Assembly: GCA_964291395.2 (NCBI GenBank)
Contig: OZ219856.1
Location: 1,056,001 to 1,120,000 of the forward strand
Direction of reading: 5' to 3'
Length of the DNA stretch: 64,000 nt
Source: Alphaproteobacteria bacterium
GTDB taxonomy: Bacteria; Pseudomonadota; Alphaproteobacteria; UBA2966
Within the stretch, counting starts at the first letter, position 1. The number at the start of each line of letters is the position of its first letter. The notes under the pieces are model-generated. The model did no database searches. It was not told where the DNA came from and worked only from the letters and a program-made list of their open reading frames with translations. The translations under genes were made by a program, and so were the position numbers. Positions 1-9,431 of this stretch are shown piece by piece.

Positions 1-893
1 CGGCCCTTGTCGAAGAAGCCGCGTGCGTACTCATGCCCGAAGAGCTGGCGGGCGGCCGCCTTGGGGGGACGCTGCCGAATGAAGGGATGATCCATGAACT
101 CTGCGAGGAGTTGCCGGTTCGCCGTACCGGCGGCGGCCAGGCGACCGTCTTCGTCGAACGCCTGCCCGCCATCGCTGATCCAGCCGACGAAGGCGTCCAT
201 GATCATGTTTCCGGGGCCCGAGTCGAAGGCGAACATGTCGTCGAGCGTGCCGCCTGCGGGCAAAACCGTGGGGTTGGCGATACCCCCGATGTTGTGGAGC
301 GCCCGGCTCCGCTCGTCGTGGGTGAACAATGCCCAATCGCCGTAGGACACGGTGGGGACACCCAGACCGCCTGCGGCGATGTCGCGTTGCCGGAGGTTCG
401 AGACCGTGGTCACGCCGGTACGCTCGGCGATGAACGCGCCCGCGCCCATGTCCAGGAACGCCGTGACGGCGGTGTCGCCCAGCCAGTTGTGATCCTCCCG
501 CTGGCCGTCGATCACTTGGTAGCAGACTTGGCCCGACGATACGATCAGGTCGATGTCCCGGAGCGCGAGGCCGGCCCGGTCGACGATCCGCTCGGCGATC
601 TCCGCGAAGTAGGCGCCGAGCGCATTGTCGGCTTGCGCGATCCGGTCGACGCTGCCCGTGTTCCTGGAAAAGACGTCAAAGATGCGTTCCTGCAGCGGAC
701 TCTCGTAGTCGTAATCCTGCCAATCGATGATCTCGAATCTCGTGTCGCGGCCGCTTCCGGAGAATTTCGCGATCAACGCGGTGGGACCGTCGGCGGACGT
801 CCCCGAGTGCAGGCCGACGATCGTCCGCGTCTCCTTGCGTACGTAGTCGATGAGAGCCTGGAGGTAGCGAGGCAGGTATTCGTCTGAAGACAC
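1..893 (-). CDS. Anhydro-N-acetylmuramic acid kinase (AnmK)-like protein, divergent; runs off the left edge
   Basis: Not in the ORF track. Manual minus-strand translation from GTG at 893: MSSDEYLPRYLQ...IVGLHSGTSADG...IAERTGVTTVSNLRQRDIAAGGLG...HNIGGIANPT...AFDSGPGNMIMD, matching AnmK motifs GxxSGTSxDG, NIGGIAN and FDxGPGN. No stop before base 1. Confidence 0.85.
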   Translation of the reverse strand, partial: MSSDEYLPRYLQALIDYVRKETRTIVGLHSGTSADGPTALIAKFSGSGRDTRFEIIDWQDYDYESPLQERIFDVFSRNTGSVDRIAQADNALGAYFAEIAERIVDRAGLALRDIDLIVSSGQVCYQVIDGQREDHNWLGDTAVTAFLDMGAGAFIAERTGVTTVSNLRQRDIAAGGLGVPTVSYGDWALFTHDERSRALHNIGGIANPTVLPAGGTLDDMFAFDSGPGNMIMDAFVGWISDGGQAFDEDGRLAAAGTANRQLLAEFMDHPFIRQRPPKAAARQLFGHEYARGFFDKG

Positions 894-917
894 GATGCGG
901 TGTATCCAATTTGGAGA

Positions 918-1856
918 TTACGGACTTGGTTCGGTGCGGCGTTTCGTCGTCGGTTTGGGCATGACGGTGGCGAGGGCGCCGACGAGCAGTGCGAACGCCA
1001 AGGCGTCCAGCGCCGTCATCGTTTCACCGAGCATGACCAGGCCGCCGGCGAACGCCACTCCGGGCACGGCGAGTACGGACAGCGACGCCACGATGGCGGG
1101 GACCTGCTTGATGAGAACGAAGAACCCCAGAAACCCGATGAGGTTGCATCCGAACGCGACGAAGAGGGCGGAGAGCAATGCGGTGGAGGACACGGGTCCG
1201 AACCGGTCGATCTCGGTAAGCCCCATCAGGCAGAGCGGTATCCCGCCGATCACGAACATCCATCCCGTCAGGACGAGCGGCGGGACGTGGCCCGAGGCGC
1301 TTTTGGCGGCGATGGTTCCGCACGCCCATGAGACCGCAGCCGCCAGTCCGATCAGAACGCCCAGGGAGATCCCGCCTCCGGCCGTCTGTATCCACAACAG
1401 GACCATGCCGCCGATCCCCAGCACCAAACCGATCCAGTGGCCGCGGGTGGGCCGTTCTCCCAGCACGGGAATGCCGATGATGAAGGCCCAGAGCGGCATG
1501 GTGTAGATCATGATCGAGGTCTGACCTGCCGCGATGTACAGCGTGCTGAAATTCGTCAGCACATGGGTGAGCGTGACTGTAAAGAAGCCCGTCAGAACCA
1601 CGCCCAGGCGGTATTCGCGTGGCACATGGAGCGAGTGGCCGTTGGCGCGGGCGAGTACCAGCAGGACGAGGCCCGGCACGATCCCCGCCAGGCCCCGAAA
1701 GGTGAAGATCGGGATCTCGAGCGCTGCCGCCTTCATCGTCGGATAGGACGCACCCCACAACAGGACGATGAAGATCAGCAGGACCAGTGCTCGTGCGGAC
1801 AGGCGCGACGGAGTGGGTTGCCGCGCCTCGGCGGCGGGAGGTGTCGACCTGTTCAT
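918..1856 (-). CDS. DMT/EamA family transporter
   Basis: 312 aa, about 10 hydrophobic segments, LLWGASYP and YTMPLWAFIIGIPVLGERP EamA patterns. Confidence 0.9.
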   Translation of the reverse strand: MNRSTPPAAEARQPTPSRLSARALVLLIFIVLLWGASYPTMKAAALEIPIFTFRGLAGIVPGLVLLVLARANGHSLHVPREYRLGVVLTGFFTVTLTHVLTNFSTLYIAAGQTSIMIYTMPLWAFIIGIPVLGERPTRGHWIGLVLGIGGMVLLWIQTAGGGISLGVLIGLAAAVSWACGTIAAKSASGHVPPLVLTGWMFVIGGIPLCLMGLTEIDRFGPVSSTALLSALFVAFGCNLIGFLGFFVLIKQVPAIVASLSVLAVPGVAFAGGLVMLGETMTALDALAFALLVGALATVMPKPTTKRRTEPSP

Positions 1857-2056
1857 GGGTCGACTCTTTCAGGGGGGTCCGGACGCCGCAAGCGTGGTGC
1901 GGGCTTGATCTACGCGCCGATCAACGGCACTGCCGCGTACCGGCCCGGCCCCGTGGACCGGGCAGGCGGGATCGTCGGTTCGAACGCAAGGCGGCGGATC
2001 GTCTATTCTTCCCGTTCGTATCGATCTCTTCGAATGCCTCTTGCGACGGATTCGCC

Positions 2057-3265
2057 ATGAACGACAGACCCACAGGGCCCCTTTCCGGCGTTCGCGTCAT
2101 CGACATCACGACGATCATTCTGGGGCCCTACGCGACCCAGCTGCTTGGAGACCTTGGCGCCGACGTTATCAAGATCGAAGCCCCGGGTGCCGGCGATCCC
2201 ATCCGCCACGCGGGTCCCAAGCGCAACGAGGGCATGGGCGGCATCTTTCTGAACGTGAATCGCAACAAACGGAGCGTCGTTCTCGATCTGAAGCAGGAAG
2301 GGGCGAAGGGAGTCTTGCGCCGCCTCGTCCCGACGGCTGACGTCTTTTTCCACAACATGCGGCCGCAGGCGATCGGGCGTCTGGGATTCGATTACGAGGC
2401 GGTCTCGGACCTGAGGTCGGATATCGTCTATTGCGGCGCGTACGGATACTCCGAAAAAGGTCCGTACGGCGCCAAGCCGGCCTACGACGATCTGATACAG
2501 GGCGCGTCGGGATTGGCGGTGCTCGGCGCGGACTCCGATGGGGCGCCGCGCTACACGCCGACCATTCTGGTGGACAAGCTCGTCGGTTTGATGGCGAGCC
2601 AAGCCATTCTCGGCGCGCTCTACCACCGGTCTCAAACGGGAGAAGGGCAGAAGGTCGAGGTGCCGATGTTCGAGACCATGACGGCTTTCATGCTGGCCGA
2701 GCACATCTATGGCCGCGCCTTCGAGCCCCCGATCGAGGGATCGGGATACGCCCGCGTCATATCCCCGCATCGCAAGCCTGCCAAAGCCAAGGACGGCTAC
2801 ATCTGTATCCTGCCGTACACCGAGGCGCAGTGGTCCGGCTTCTTCGAGATATCGGGGCGCTCGGAATTGGGCTCGGATCCGAGATTCAAGGACTATGCGT
2901 CGCGCAACAGGAACATCGATGCCTTGTACGAGATGATGGGCGAAGCGATCGCGGAGAAGACCGTCGCAGAGTGGGCGGCGCTCTGCGACAGGACCCAAAT
3001 CCCCTGGGCGCCGGTGAATACGCTGGACGACCTGTTCGTGGACGAACATCTCCGGGCGATCGGGTTCTTTCACCGTTCCACGCATCCGAGCGAGGGCGAC
3101 ACGGTTCTTCCGGAGCCGCCCGTTCGGTTCTCGGCGACACCGGCCTCGATCCACCGGCATGCGCCGCGCCATGGAGAGCACGGCGCCGAGGTGCTAAAGG
3201 AGTTGGGATACACGGAGGACGAGATCGACCAACTGGAGGAATGCGGCGCGCTTCGGGTGCCGTGA
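2057..3265 (+). CDS. CaiB/BaiF (family III) CoA-transferase
   Basis: GPLSGVRVIDIT...LGDLGADVIKIE...NRNKRSVVLDLK...AYDDLIQGASG; start taken at ATG 2057. Confidence 0.92.
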   Translation: MNDRPTGPLSGVRVIDITTIILGPYATQLLGDLGADVIKIEAPGAGDPIRHAGPKRNEGMGGIFLNVNRNKRSVVLDLKQEGAKGVLRRLVPTADVFFHNMRPQAIGRLGFDYEAVSDLRSDIVYCGAYGYSEKGPYGAKPAYDDLIQGASGLAVLGADSDGAPRYTPTILVDKLVGLMASQAILGALYHRSQTGEGQKVEVPMFETMTAFMLAEHIYGRAFEPPIEGSGYARVISPHRKPAKAKDGYICILPYTEAQWSGFFEISGRSELGSDPRFKDYASRNRNIDALYEMMGEAIAEKTVAEWAALCDRTQIPWAPVNTLDDLFVDEHLRAIGFFHRSTHPSEGDTVLPEPPVRFSATPASIHRHAPRHGEHGAEVLKELGYTEDEIDQLEECGALRVP

Positions 3266-3312
3266 TCCCGATCGGTCGTCAATGAACCAGGGCACGATCA
3301 AGGAGAGGACAT

Positions 3313-3630
3313 ATGTCGAAGACGTTGGTCATGGTGATGGTGGAAAAGCCTGAGAGTGTCAGCGACGAGGAATTCAATCGACTGTACAGCGAAGACCATA
3401 TCCCGGCGCTCCTGAGCGTTCCCGGGGTGCACGGGGCGAGGCGCTACAGGGTGAACAAGGTGGATGGCGATTTGGACGTGCCGGCGTACTTCGCGTTGTA
3501 CGAAGTCGACTCCCCGGAGACGCGTGGTTCCGAGGCGTGGCAGAAGGCGGCCAACACGGGAGAGTGGGCGGATACCGTTCGCCCGCTTATCACGAAACGC
3601 ATGGCCGTCACGCTCGATCCCATCGATTGA
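3313..3630 (+). CDS. EthD/DUF4286-like dimeric alpha-beta barrel protein
   Basis: EEFNRLYSEDHIPALLSVPGVHGARRY pattern; strong SD (AGGAGAGGAC) upstream. Confidence 0.75.
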   Translation: MSKTLVMVMVEKPESVSDEEFNRLYSEDHIPALLSVPGVHGARRYRVNKVDGDLDVPAYFALYEVDSPETRGSEAWQKAANTGEWADTVRPLITKRMAVTLDPID

Positions 3631-3838
3631 GTTCGCCGGAGCCGACTGTTCGCTGCAGCGCCGGGGGTCCGAGGCCGTTCGCGGAGGCCGTTGAAGTATC
3701 GGATCGTCCCGGAGGAGTTGCCTGCCCGGTAAAGAGCGTTCGGCACGTGCTATCGACCGAGGTCGTTTTGCAGAGGTGGGCTCGCCGGAATGCGTGTTCG
3801 CGGCGGAGGCCCGCGCGTTTCAAGGTAACATACCTCCA

Positions 3839-5932
3839 ATGAGCTGGCGCATCGGCGTTGACATCGGCGGCACGTTCACGGACGTGGCCGTGCTCGACGA
3901 GGTGAGCGGGCGCATCGGTATCGTCAAGACGTCGACCACGCCGCGGGACTTCGTCGCCGGCGTGGTCCACGCGCTGAAAGCGGCGATGGCGCGCCACGGC
4001 GTTCCCGCTTCGGATGTCGTTCTCCTGTCGCACGCGACCACCGTCGTGACCAACGCCATTCTCGAGGAGAAAGGTGCGAAGACCGCTCTGATCACCACGC
4101 GCGGCTTCAGAGATGTTCTCGAGCTGCGCCGTTCGGCTCGCGCGCGTCTCTATGACCGCAATCAGGAGCCGCCGGCCGTCCTCGTGCCCCGTCACAGGAG
4201 ATTCGAGATCACCGAGCGCGTCGGCGCGGACGGCGAGGTGGTGATCCCGCTCGAGGAAGATGAGCTCGACGCCATCGCCGAGGAGATCGGGAACGAAGGC
4301 GTGGAGGCGGTCGCGGTATGCCTCTTGTTCTCGTTTCTCCATGACGATCACGAACGCCGAATCGGTGCGCGGCTGCGGGCCGCATTGCCCGGCGTGCCCG
4401 TCTTCCTCTCCTGCGACGTTCTGCCCGAGTTGAAGGAATTCGAGCGTACCAGCACGACCGCCGTCTGCGCCTATGTCGGCCCCATCCTCGCGTCGTACGT
4501 GGAACGCCTGGAGCAGGCGACTCGGGAGCTGAAACTGCCGCCGCTCCACATCATGGGTTCGAGCGGCGGGTTTCTGGATGTCGCCGAAAGCATGAAGATG
4601 CCGGCCATGGCCGTGGAGTCCGGCCCCGCCGCTGGCGTCGTCGCGGCGGCCTTCATCGGCAGGCAGCTCGACGAGCCGAACCTGATCTCCTTCGACATGG
4701 GCGGCACGACCGCCAAGGCGAGCCTCATCCGTGACGGACGTGTCGAGGTGACGTCGGAGTACGAGGTCGGCGCCGATGCCAACGTCGCCCGTTGGATGCA
4801 CGGCACCGGTCACCCGATCAAGGTGCCCGTCATCGACCTTGCGGAGGTCAGCGCGGGCGGTGGCAGCATCGCGTGGATCGATTCGGGCGGCGGCATGCAC
4901 GTCGGCCCCCGGAGCGCCGGTGCCGAGCCGGGCCCCGTTTGCTACGGGCAGGGCGGGCGGGAGCCCACGGTCACCGACTGCGACCTGATCCTCGGGTACT
5001 TGAATCCGGAATACTTTCTGGGTGGCGAGCTGATCCTCGACGCGGCGGCGGCCGAAGCCGCCTTGCGGGAGAGAGTCGCCGAACCCCTTGGTCTCCCGCT
5101 TCTCGAAGCCGCGGCCGGCGTCGTCGCGGTGGTGGACCACAACATGGCGGAGGCGCTGCGCATCGTTTCCGTCGAACGCGGCCACGATCCGCGCGACTTC
5201 TGCCTCGTCGCGTTCGGAGGCGCGGGGCCGGTGCACGCGGTCAGCCTCGCCCGGGAGCTCGACATCCCGAGGGTCATCGTGCCGCCTATCCCGGGCGGCT
5301 TCTCCGCCTTGGGTTTGGTCGCCACCGACCTGCGCCGGGAATACGTCCGTACCTTCTACAAGCGCCTCGACGAGGTGCCTCCGGATGAGATGTCGGAGGC
5401 ATTGTCGGCGATGGAGGAGATGGGGCGCGACATGCTGGTCGGCGCCGGCGTACCGGAGGTCAGGCGCAAGCTGCAACGGGCCGCGGATGTGCGATACACA
5501 CGGCAGGCCTATGAGCTTACCGTACCGATCGAGGACGGCGATATCGGTGCCGCGCATCTGGCGAAGCTGGCGGAGGCATTCCACGCCCGCCACCGCGCCA
5601 CCTATGGACACGACAGCCCCGACGAGCCGCTGCAGGTCGTCAATCTACGAGTCAGCGCCATCGGCGTTCTGGAGAGCCCGGTTCTGAAAGCGGGCGGTCG
5701 CGGGAGCGGCGCCATTGACGCCGCCCGGCGTGGGACGCGCCAAGTATACTTCAAGAATTTCGGCACAGTCTCGTGCGGGATCTTCGATCGAGACCGCCTG
5801 CCGTCGCGCGGCGATGTACCGGGGCCCGCCATCATCGAGGCGGCGGACACGACAATCGTCGTGCCTCTCGGATGGCGGGCGGGGATCGATCAGAAGGGGT
5901 TTCTCATCATGGAGAGAAGCGGCGATGGCTGA
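3839..5932 (+). CDS. Hydantoinase A / 5-oxoprolinase / acetone carboxylase-type ATP-binding subunit
   Basis: IGVDIGGTFTD, ESGPAAG, FDMGGTT, SAGAEPGPVCYG, FGGAGPVHA motifs. Confidence 0.93.
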   Translation: MSWRIGVDIGGTFTDVAVLDEVSGRIGIVKTSTTPRDFVAGVVHALKAAMARHGVPASDVVLLSHATTVVTNAILEEKGAKTALITTRGFRDVLELRRSARARLYDRNQEPPAVLVPRHRRFEITERVGADGEVVIPLEEDELDAIAEEIGNEGVEAVAVCLLFSFLHDDHERRIGARLRAALPGVPVFLSCDVLPELKEFERTSTTAVCAYVGPILASYVERLEQATRELKLPPLHIMGSSGGFLDVAESMKMPAMAVESGPAAGVVAAAFIGRQLDEPNLISFDMGGTTAKASLIRDGRVEVTSEYEVGADANVARWMHGTGHPIKVPVIDLAEVSAGGGSIAWIDSGGGMHVGPRSAGAEPGPVCYGQGGREPTVTDCDLILGYLNPEYFLGGELILDAAAAEAALRERVAEPLGLPLLEAAAGVVAVVDHNMAEALRIVSVERGHDPRDFCLVAFGGAGPVHAVSLARELDIPRVIVPPIPGGFSALGLVATDLRREYVRTFYKRLDEVPPDEMSEALSAMEEMGRDMLVGAGVPEVRRKLQRAADVRYTRQAYELTVPIEDGDIGAAHLAKLAEAFHARHRATYGHDSPDEPLQVVNLRVSAIGVLESPVLKAGGRGSGAIDAARRGTRQVYFKNFGTVSCGIFDRDRLPSRGDVPGPAIIEAADTTIVVPLGWRAGIDQKGFLIMERSGDG

Positions 5933-7634
5933 CACCGTACCCGCTGCGTTCGCGGACAACGATCCGGCCACGTTCGAAGTGGTCAAGAACAGCCTCTACT
6001 CGATAGCCGCGGAAATGCGCGTCGTCCTGTCGAAAACCGCCTATTCCCCCATCCTGAAGTCGGCGGGCGATTTCTCGTGCGGCATATTCGACGTGCGAGG
6101 CGACATGGTGGCGCAAGGGCCGGACCTGCCCATGCATCTCGGCTCGATGCCGCTGGCCGTCAAGGCCGTCATCCAGGCCTGGGAAGAGGTCGCGCCGGGG
6201 GACGTGTTCATCCACAACGATCCATACTTCGGCGGCTCGCATCTTCCGGACGTCAACGTGGTGACGCCTGCGTTCGCGGATGGACGTTTGCTGGGATTCG
6301 TCTGCCTGCGGGCTCATTGGCCAGATGTCGGCGGCGGCACGCCCGGCAGCTACGGCACCGAGACCGAGATATTCGGCGAGGGCCTGCGTCTGCCTCCGGT
6401 CCGGCTCTATCGCCGGGGCGAACCCCTGCGCGAGGTCGAGGACATCATTTTTGCCAACGTGCGGACCCCGGACGAGGGGCGGGGCAACCTTCGCGCCCAG
6501 GTCGGCGCGAATCGTCGTGCGGTGACCCGACTCGAGGGGCTGGCTCGCCGCCACGGGCCGGATCGCCTGTTGCGCATCATGCAGGGCGTCATGGACCACT
6601 CCGAGATGATGATGCGTCAGGCTCTGGCGGAGTTGCCCGACGGCGAAGGGAGCTTCGAGGACTTCTGCGACGGCGACGGCATCCTCGAGCCGGGTGAGAC
6701 CGAAGACTCACCGTTCACCATCAGGCTGCACGTGAAGAAGAGCGGTGACGAACTCGCGGTCGATTTCACCGGAACCGATCCGGTGGTGCGGGGCCCCATG
6801 AACTCACCGCTGGCCGTGACGGCGTCGGGAGTCTATACCGCCGTGAAGACCGTGGCCGATTCGGACGCGCTGATTCCTCCCAATTCGGGCTGCTGGCGTC
6901 CGATCTCCGTGCAGGCCGAGACCGGGACCGTCGTCAACGCCACGCTTCCCGCGCCCGTGGTGTATGCAAACCACGAAATCGCTCACCGGGTGTGCGACAT
7001 GGTGTATATGGCGATGTCCGGCTTCGCGCCGAACAACGTCATGGCATGCTCCCAGGGAACGTCGGCCATCCTCGCCATGGGCGGCGTCGATCGGCGTACC
7101 GGCAATCGCTACGTCAACTACGAGGTCGTCAAGGGCGGTTTTGGCGCTCGCCCCGGCAAGGACGGTATCAACGCCATCGCTGCCAGCGTCGCCAACACGG
7201 CGAACACGCCGGTCGAGGTCGTGGAAATGAGTTTCCCGCTGCGGGTGGACCGCTACGAGCTGATTCCCGACTCGGGCGGAGCCGGGGAATATCGCGGAGG
7301 TCTCGCGGCCCGCCGCGTGTGGAAGATCCTCGACCACACGGCCCGGGCCACGGTCTGCTGCGAGCGATCCAAATCGCCGCCGTTCGGTCTGTTCGAGGGC
7401 AAGGCGGGTGCGCCTGCGCGCATCTACCTGATCGAGGCGGACGGCACCCGGCGCGACCTCAACAGCAAGGAGCATTTCATCGCGTCCGAGGACTCCGAGA
7501 TCTGGTACGAGGTTCCCGGATCGGGTGGGTTCGGTCCGCCCTCGGAACGCGATCCGGAAAAGGTTCGGGCCGACGTCCGCGACGGCTACGTCAGCGTCGA
7601 GTCCGCCAGGCGCGACTACGGGGTGGATGTCTGA
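5925..7634 (+). CDS. Hydantoinase B / oxoprolinase family subunit
   Basis: HNDPYFGGSHLPD, HWPDVGG, EGLRLPP, PDSGGAGEYRGG, GSGGFG motifs; overlaps the upstream subunit. Confidence 0.93.
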   Translation: MADTVPAAFADNDPATFEVVKNSLYSIAAEMRVVLSKTAYSPILKSAGDFSCGIFDVRGDMVAQGPDLPMHLGSMPLAVKAVIQAWEEVAPGDVFIHNDPYFGGSHLPDVNVVTPAFADGRLLGFVCLRAHWPDVGGGTPGSYGTETEIFGEGLRLPPVRLYRRGEPLREVEDIIFANVRTPDEGRGNLRAQVGANRRAVTRLEGLARRHGPDRLLRIMQGVMDHSEMMMRQALAELPDGEGSFEDFCDGDGILEPGETEDSPFTIRLHVKKSGDELAVDFTGTDPVVRGPMNSPLAVTASGVYTAVKTVADSDALIPPNSGCWRPISVQAETGTVVNATLPAPVVYANHEIAHRVCDMVYMAMSGFAPNNVMACSQGTSAILAMGGVDRRTGNRYVNYEVVKGGFGARPGKDGINAIAASVANTANTPVEVVEMSFPLRVDRYELIPDSGGAGEYRGGLAARRVWKILDHTARATVCCERSKSPPFGLFEGKAGAPARIYLIEADGTRRDLNSKEHFIASEDSEIWYEVPGSGGFGPPSERDPEKVRADVRDGYVSVESARRDYGVDV

Positions 7635-7707
7635 TCGTTGGACCGGCTTTGAGCACCCGGTCGGCGTCTCGCTGTTGTGCACCGGTCGGCATGGCGTTCC
7701 TCCGATG

Positions 7708-8598
7708 CTATTCGCTCCCGTCATAGCGGTCGTCCCACAACGTCATCAGCGCCGGACTTTCCCAGGTGCCCCTTCCGCGCGCGTGCACAGCGGCGTTGAA
7801 TTGGGCGATGAGCGCGGTGATCGGGAGCGCCACGCCGAATCGTCGTGCCTCGTTGAGACAGAGACCCAGGTGGGTCATGAGGGAGTCGATGCCGCCGTCC
7901 ACGGGATCGAGCTCGCCGTCGATCATGCGTTGGATTCTGTGATCGAACCACCAGGATTGTGCCGAGCCCTTGCCGAGCAGTGAAAAAGCCCTGTCCAGAT
8001 CGAGGCCGGATTTGCGGGCGAATGCCACGCCCTCGGCGAGACCCTGCATGTTGGCCGAAATCAGGATCTGGTTGACCATCTTCGTGAGCTGACCGTGCCC
8101 GCTCGGTCCAATGTGATCGGCGGTCCGTGAGTAGGCGGTGAGGTAAGGTTTGGCCGCTGCCACGCCTGCCTCGGTGCCGCCGATCATGACGGCCAGCTCT
8201 CCGGCGTTTGCCAGCTCCTCCGCTCCCGAGACCGGCGCGTCCAGGTATTGGATGCCGCGCTCCGCGGCCGCCGCGGCCGATGCCTCCGCGGCCTGCGCCG
8301 TCATCGTGTTGTGATCGACGAACACGCTGCCGTCGGCCATCGTCTGAAAGGCGCCCGCCGTTCCCCGGGTCACGTCCCGGGACTCGTCGTCGCCCCCGAC
8401 ACAAGTGGCCACGTAGCGGGCGCCTTCCGCGGCCTCCGCCGCCGTGCGGGCGGCCCGCCCGCCGTGCTCGGCGACGAACGCGTCCGCCTTCTCGGAGACG
8501 ATGTCGTGAACCGTCACCTCGTAACCCGCGTTGGCGAGGTGCATGGCCATGGGCCTGCCCATCCGGCCGATACCGATAAACGCAACCTTGTCTGCCAA
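7708..8598 (-). CDS. NAD(P)-dependent oxidoreductase, 3-hydroxyisobutyrate dehydrogenase/tartronate semialdehyde reductase family
   Basis: FIGIGRMGRPMA, YLDAPVSG, GHGQLTKMVNQ; TTG start after GGAGGTG. Confidence 0.88.
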   Translation of the reverse strand: MADKVAFIGIGRMGRPMAMHLANAGYEVTVHDIVSEKADAFVAEHGGRAARTAAEAAEGARYVATCVGGDDESRDVTRGTAGAFQTMADGSVFVDHNTMTAQAAEASAAAAAERGIQYLDAPVSGAEELANAGELAVMIGGTEAGVAAAKPYLTAYSRTADHIGPSGHGQLTKMVNQILISANMQGLAEGVAFARKSGLDLDRAFSLLGKGSAQSWWFDHRIQRMIDGELDPVDGGIDSLMTHLGLCLNEARRFGVALPITALIAQFNAAVHARGRGTWESPALMTLWDDRYDGSE

Positions 8599-8623
8599 TG
8601 GATCACCTCCGGAAGGCTGATAT

Positions 8624-9412
8624 TCAGGTCTTGCGGAAATCCGGTGTCCGCTTTTCCAGGAAGGCGCTCGCGCCCTCATCTCGTTCGCCGCTCGCCAGGC
8701 ACAGCGCGAAGAGTTTGCGCTCGTATTCGATGCCTGCGGTCAGGTCGGCGTCCGGACTCGCCAGAACGGCATCACGGGCGGCCATCAGAGAGACGGGACC
8801 CTTGGCCTGCCATTTGCGGCAGATTTCGCGGCCGGCGTCCATGAGTCCCTCATCTTCGTGCACGGCATTGACCAACCCGATGACGAGTGCCTCGTCGGCG
8901 GATATCGGCTCGCCCAGGGTGACCATCGCCATGGCCCGTCCGAGTCCGACCATGCGGGTCAATCGCTGGGTGCCGCCGCTGCCCGGAATGACGCCGAGGT
9001 TGATCTCGGGCAGGCCGAGCCTCGCCGAGCGTGCCGCGATGCGAAGCGTGCAGGCCAGTGCGATCTCGAGACCGGCGCCAAGACAGTGGCCGTTGACGCA
9101 GGCAAGTGTCGGCAGACGCATGGTTTCCAACAGACGTGGAAGTTCACGGCGCAGGCCGGATTTCGTGGAGAGTTCGCTCGTTACCGTGCGTTCCTTCAGT
9201 TCGTTGACGTCGGCACCCGCGGAGAAGGCCCTGGGGCCGTCGCCGGTCAGGATGACGCAATCCGCCTCGCCGCCGTCTTCCAGGGAATGCAGGGCGTTCA
9301 TGCATTCCTCCCGCATGGGCAGGCTCATGGCATTGTACCGTTCGGGGTCCGAGAGGGTGATGGTCGCTATGCGGTCTTCGATATCGACCGAAATTCGGGT
9401 GTAGGTCGCCAT
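8624..9412 (-). CDS. Enoyl-CoA hydratase/isomerase
   Basis: AFSAGADVNE, GAGLEIALAC, LPEINLGVIPGSGGTQRL. Confidence 0.92.
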   Translation of the reverse strand: MATYTRISVDIEDRIATITLSDPERYNAMSLPMREECMNALHSLEDGGEADCVILTGDGPRAFSAGADVNELKERTVTSELSTKSGLRRELPRLLETMRLPTLACVNGHCLGAGLEIALACTLRIAARSARLGLPEINLGVIPGSGGTQRLTRMVGLGRAMAMVTLGEPISADEALVIGLVNAVHEDEGLMDAGREICRKWQAKGPVSLMAARDAVLASPDADLTAGIEYERKLFALCLASGERDEGASAFLEKRTPDFRKT

Positions 9413-9431
9413 GATCTCTCCACTTCGGGCT

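Noticed and set aside
33-887. 284-aa plus-strand ORF in the track
   Set aside because: Antisense shadow of the AnmK-like gene, which carries clear family motifs on the minus strand.
3608-5611. Long opposite-strand ORFs (also 11859-13550, 13603-15213, 18002-19747, 50513-52015, 57078-58547)
   Set aside because: Typical high-GC antisense shadows of well-supported genes, with no motifs of their own.
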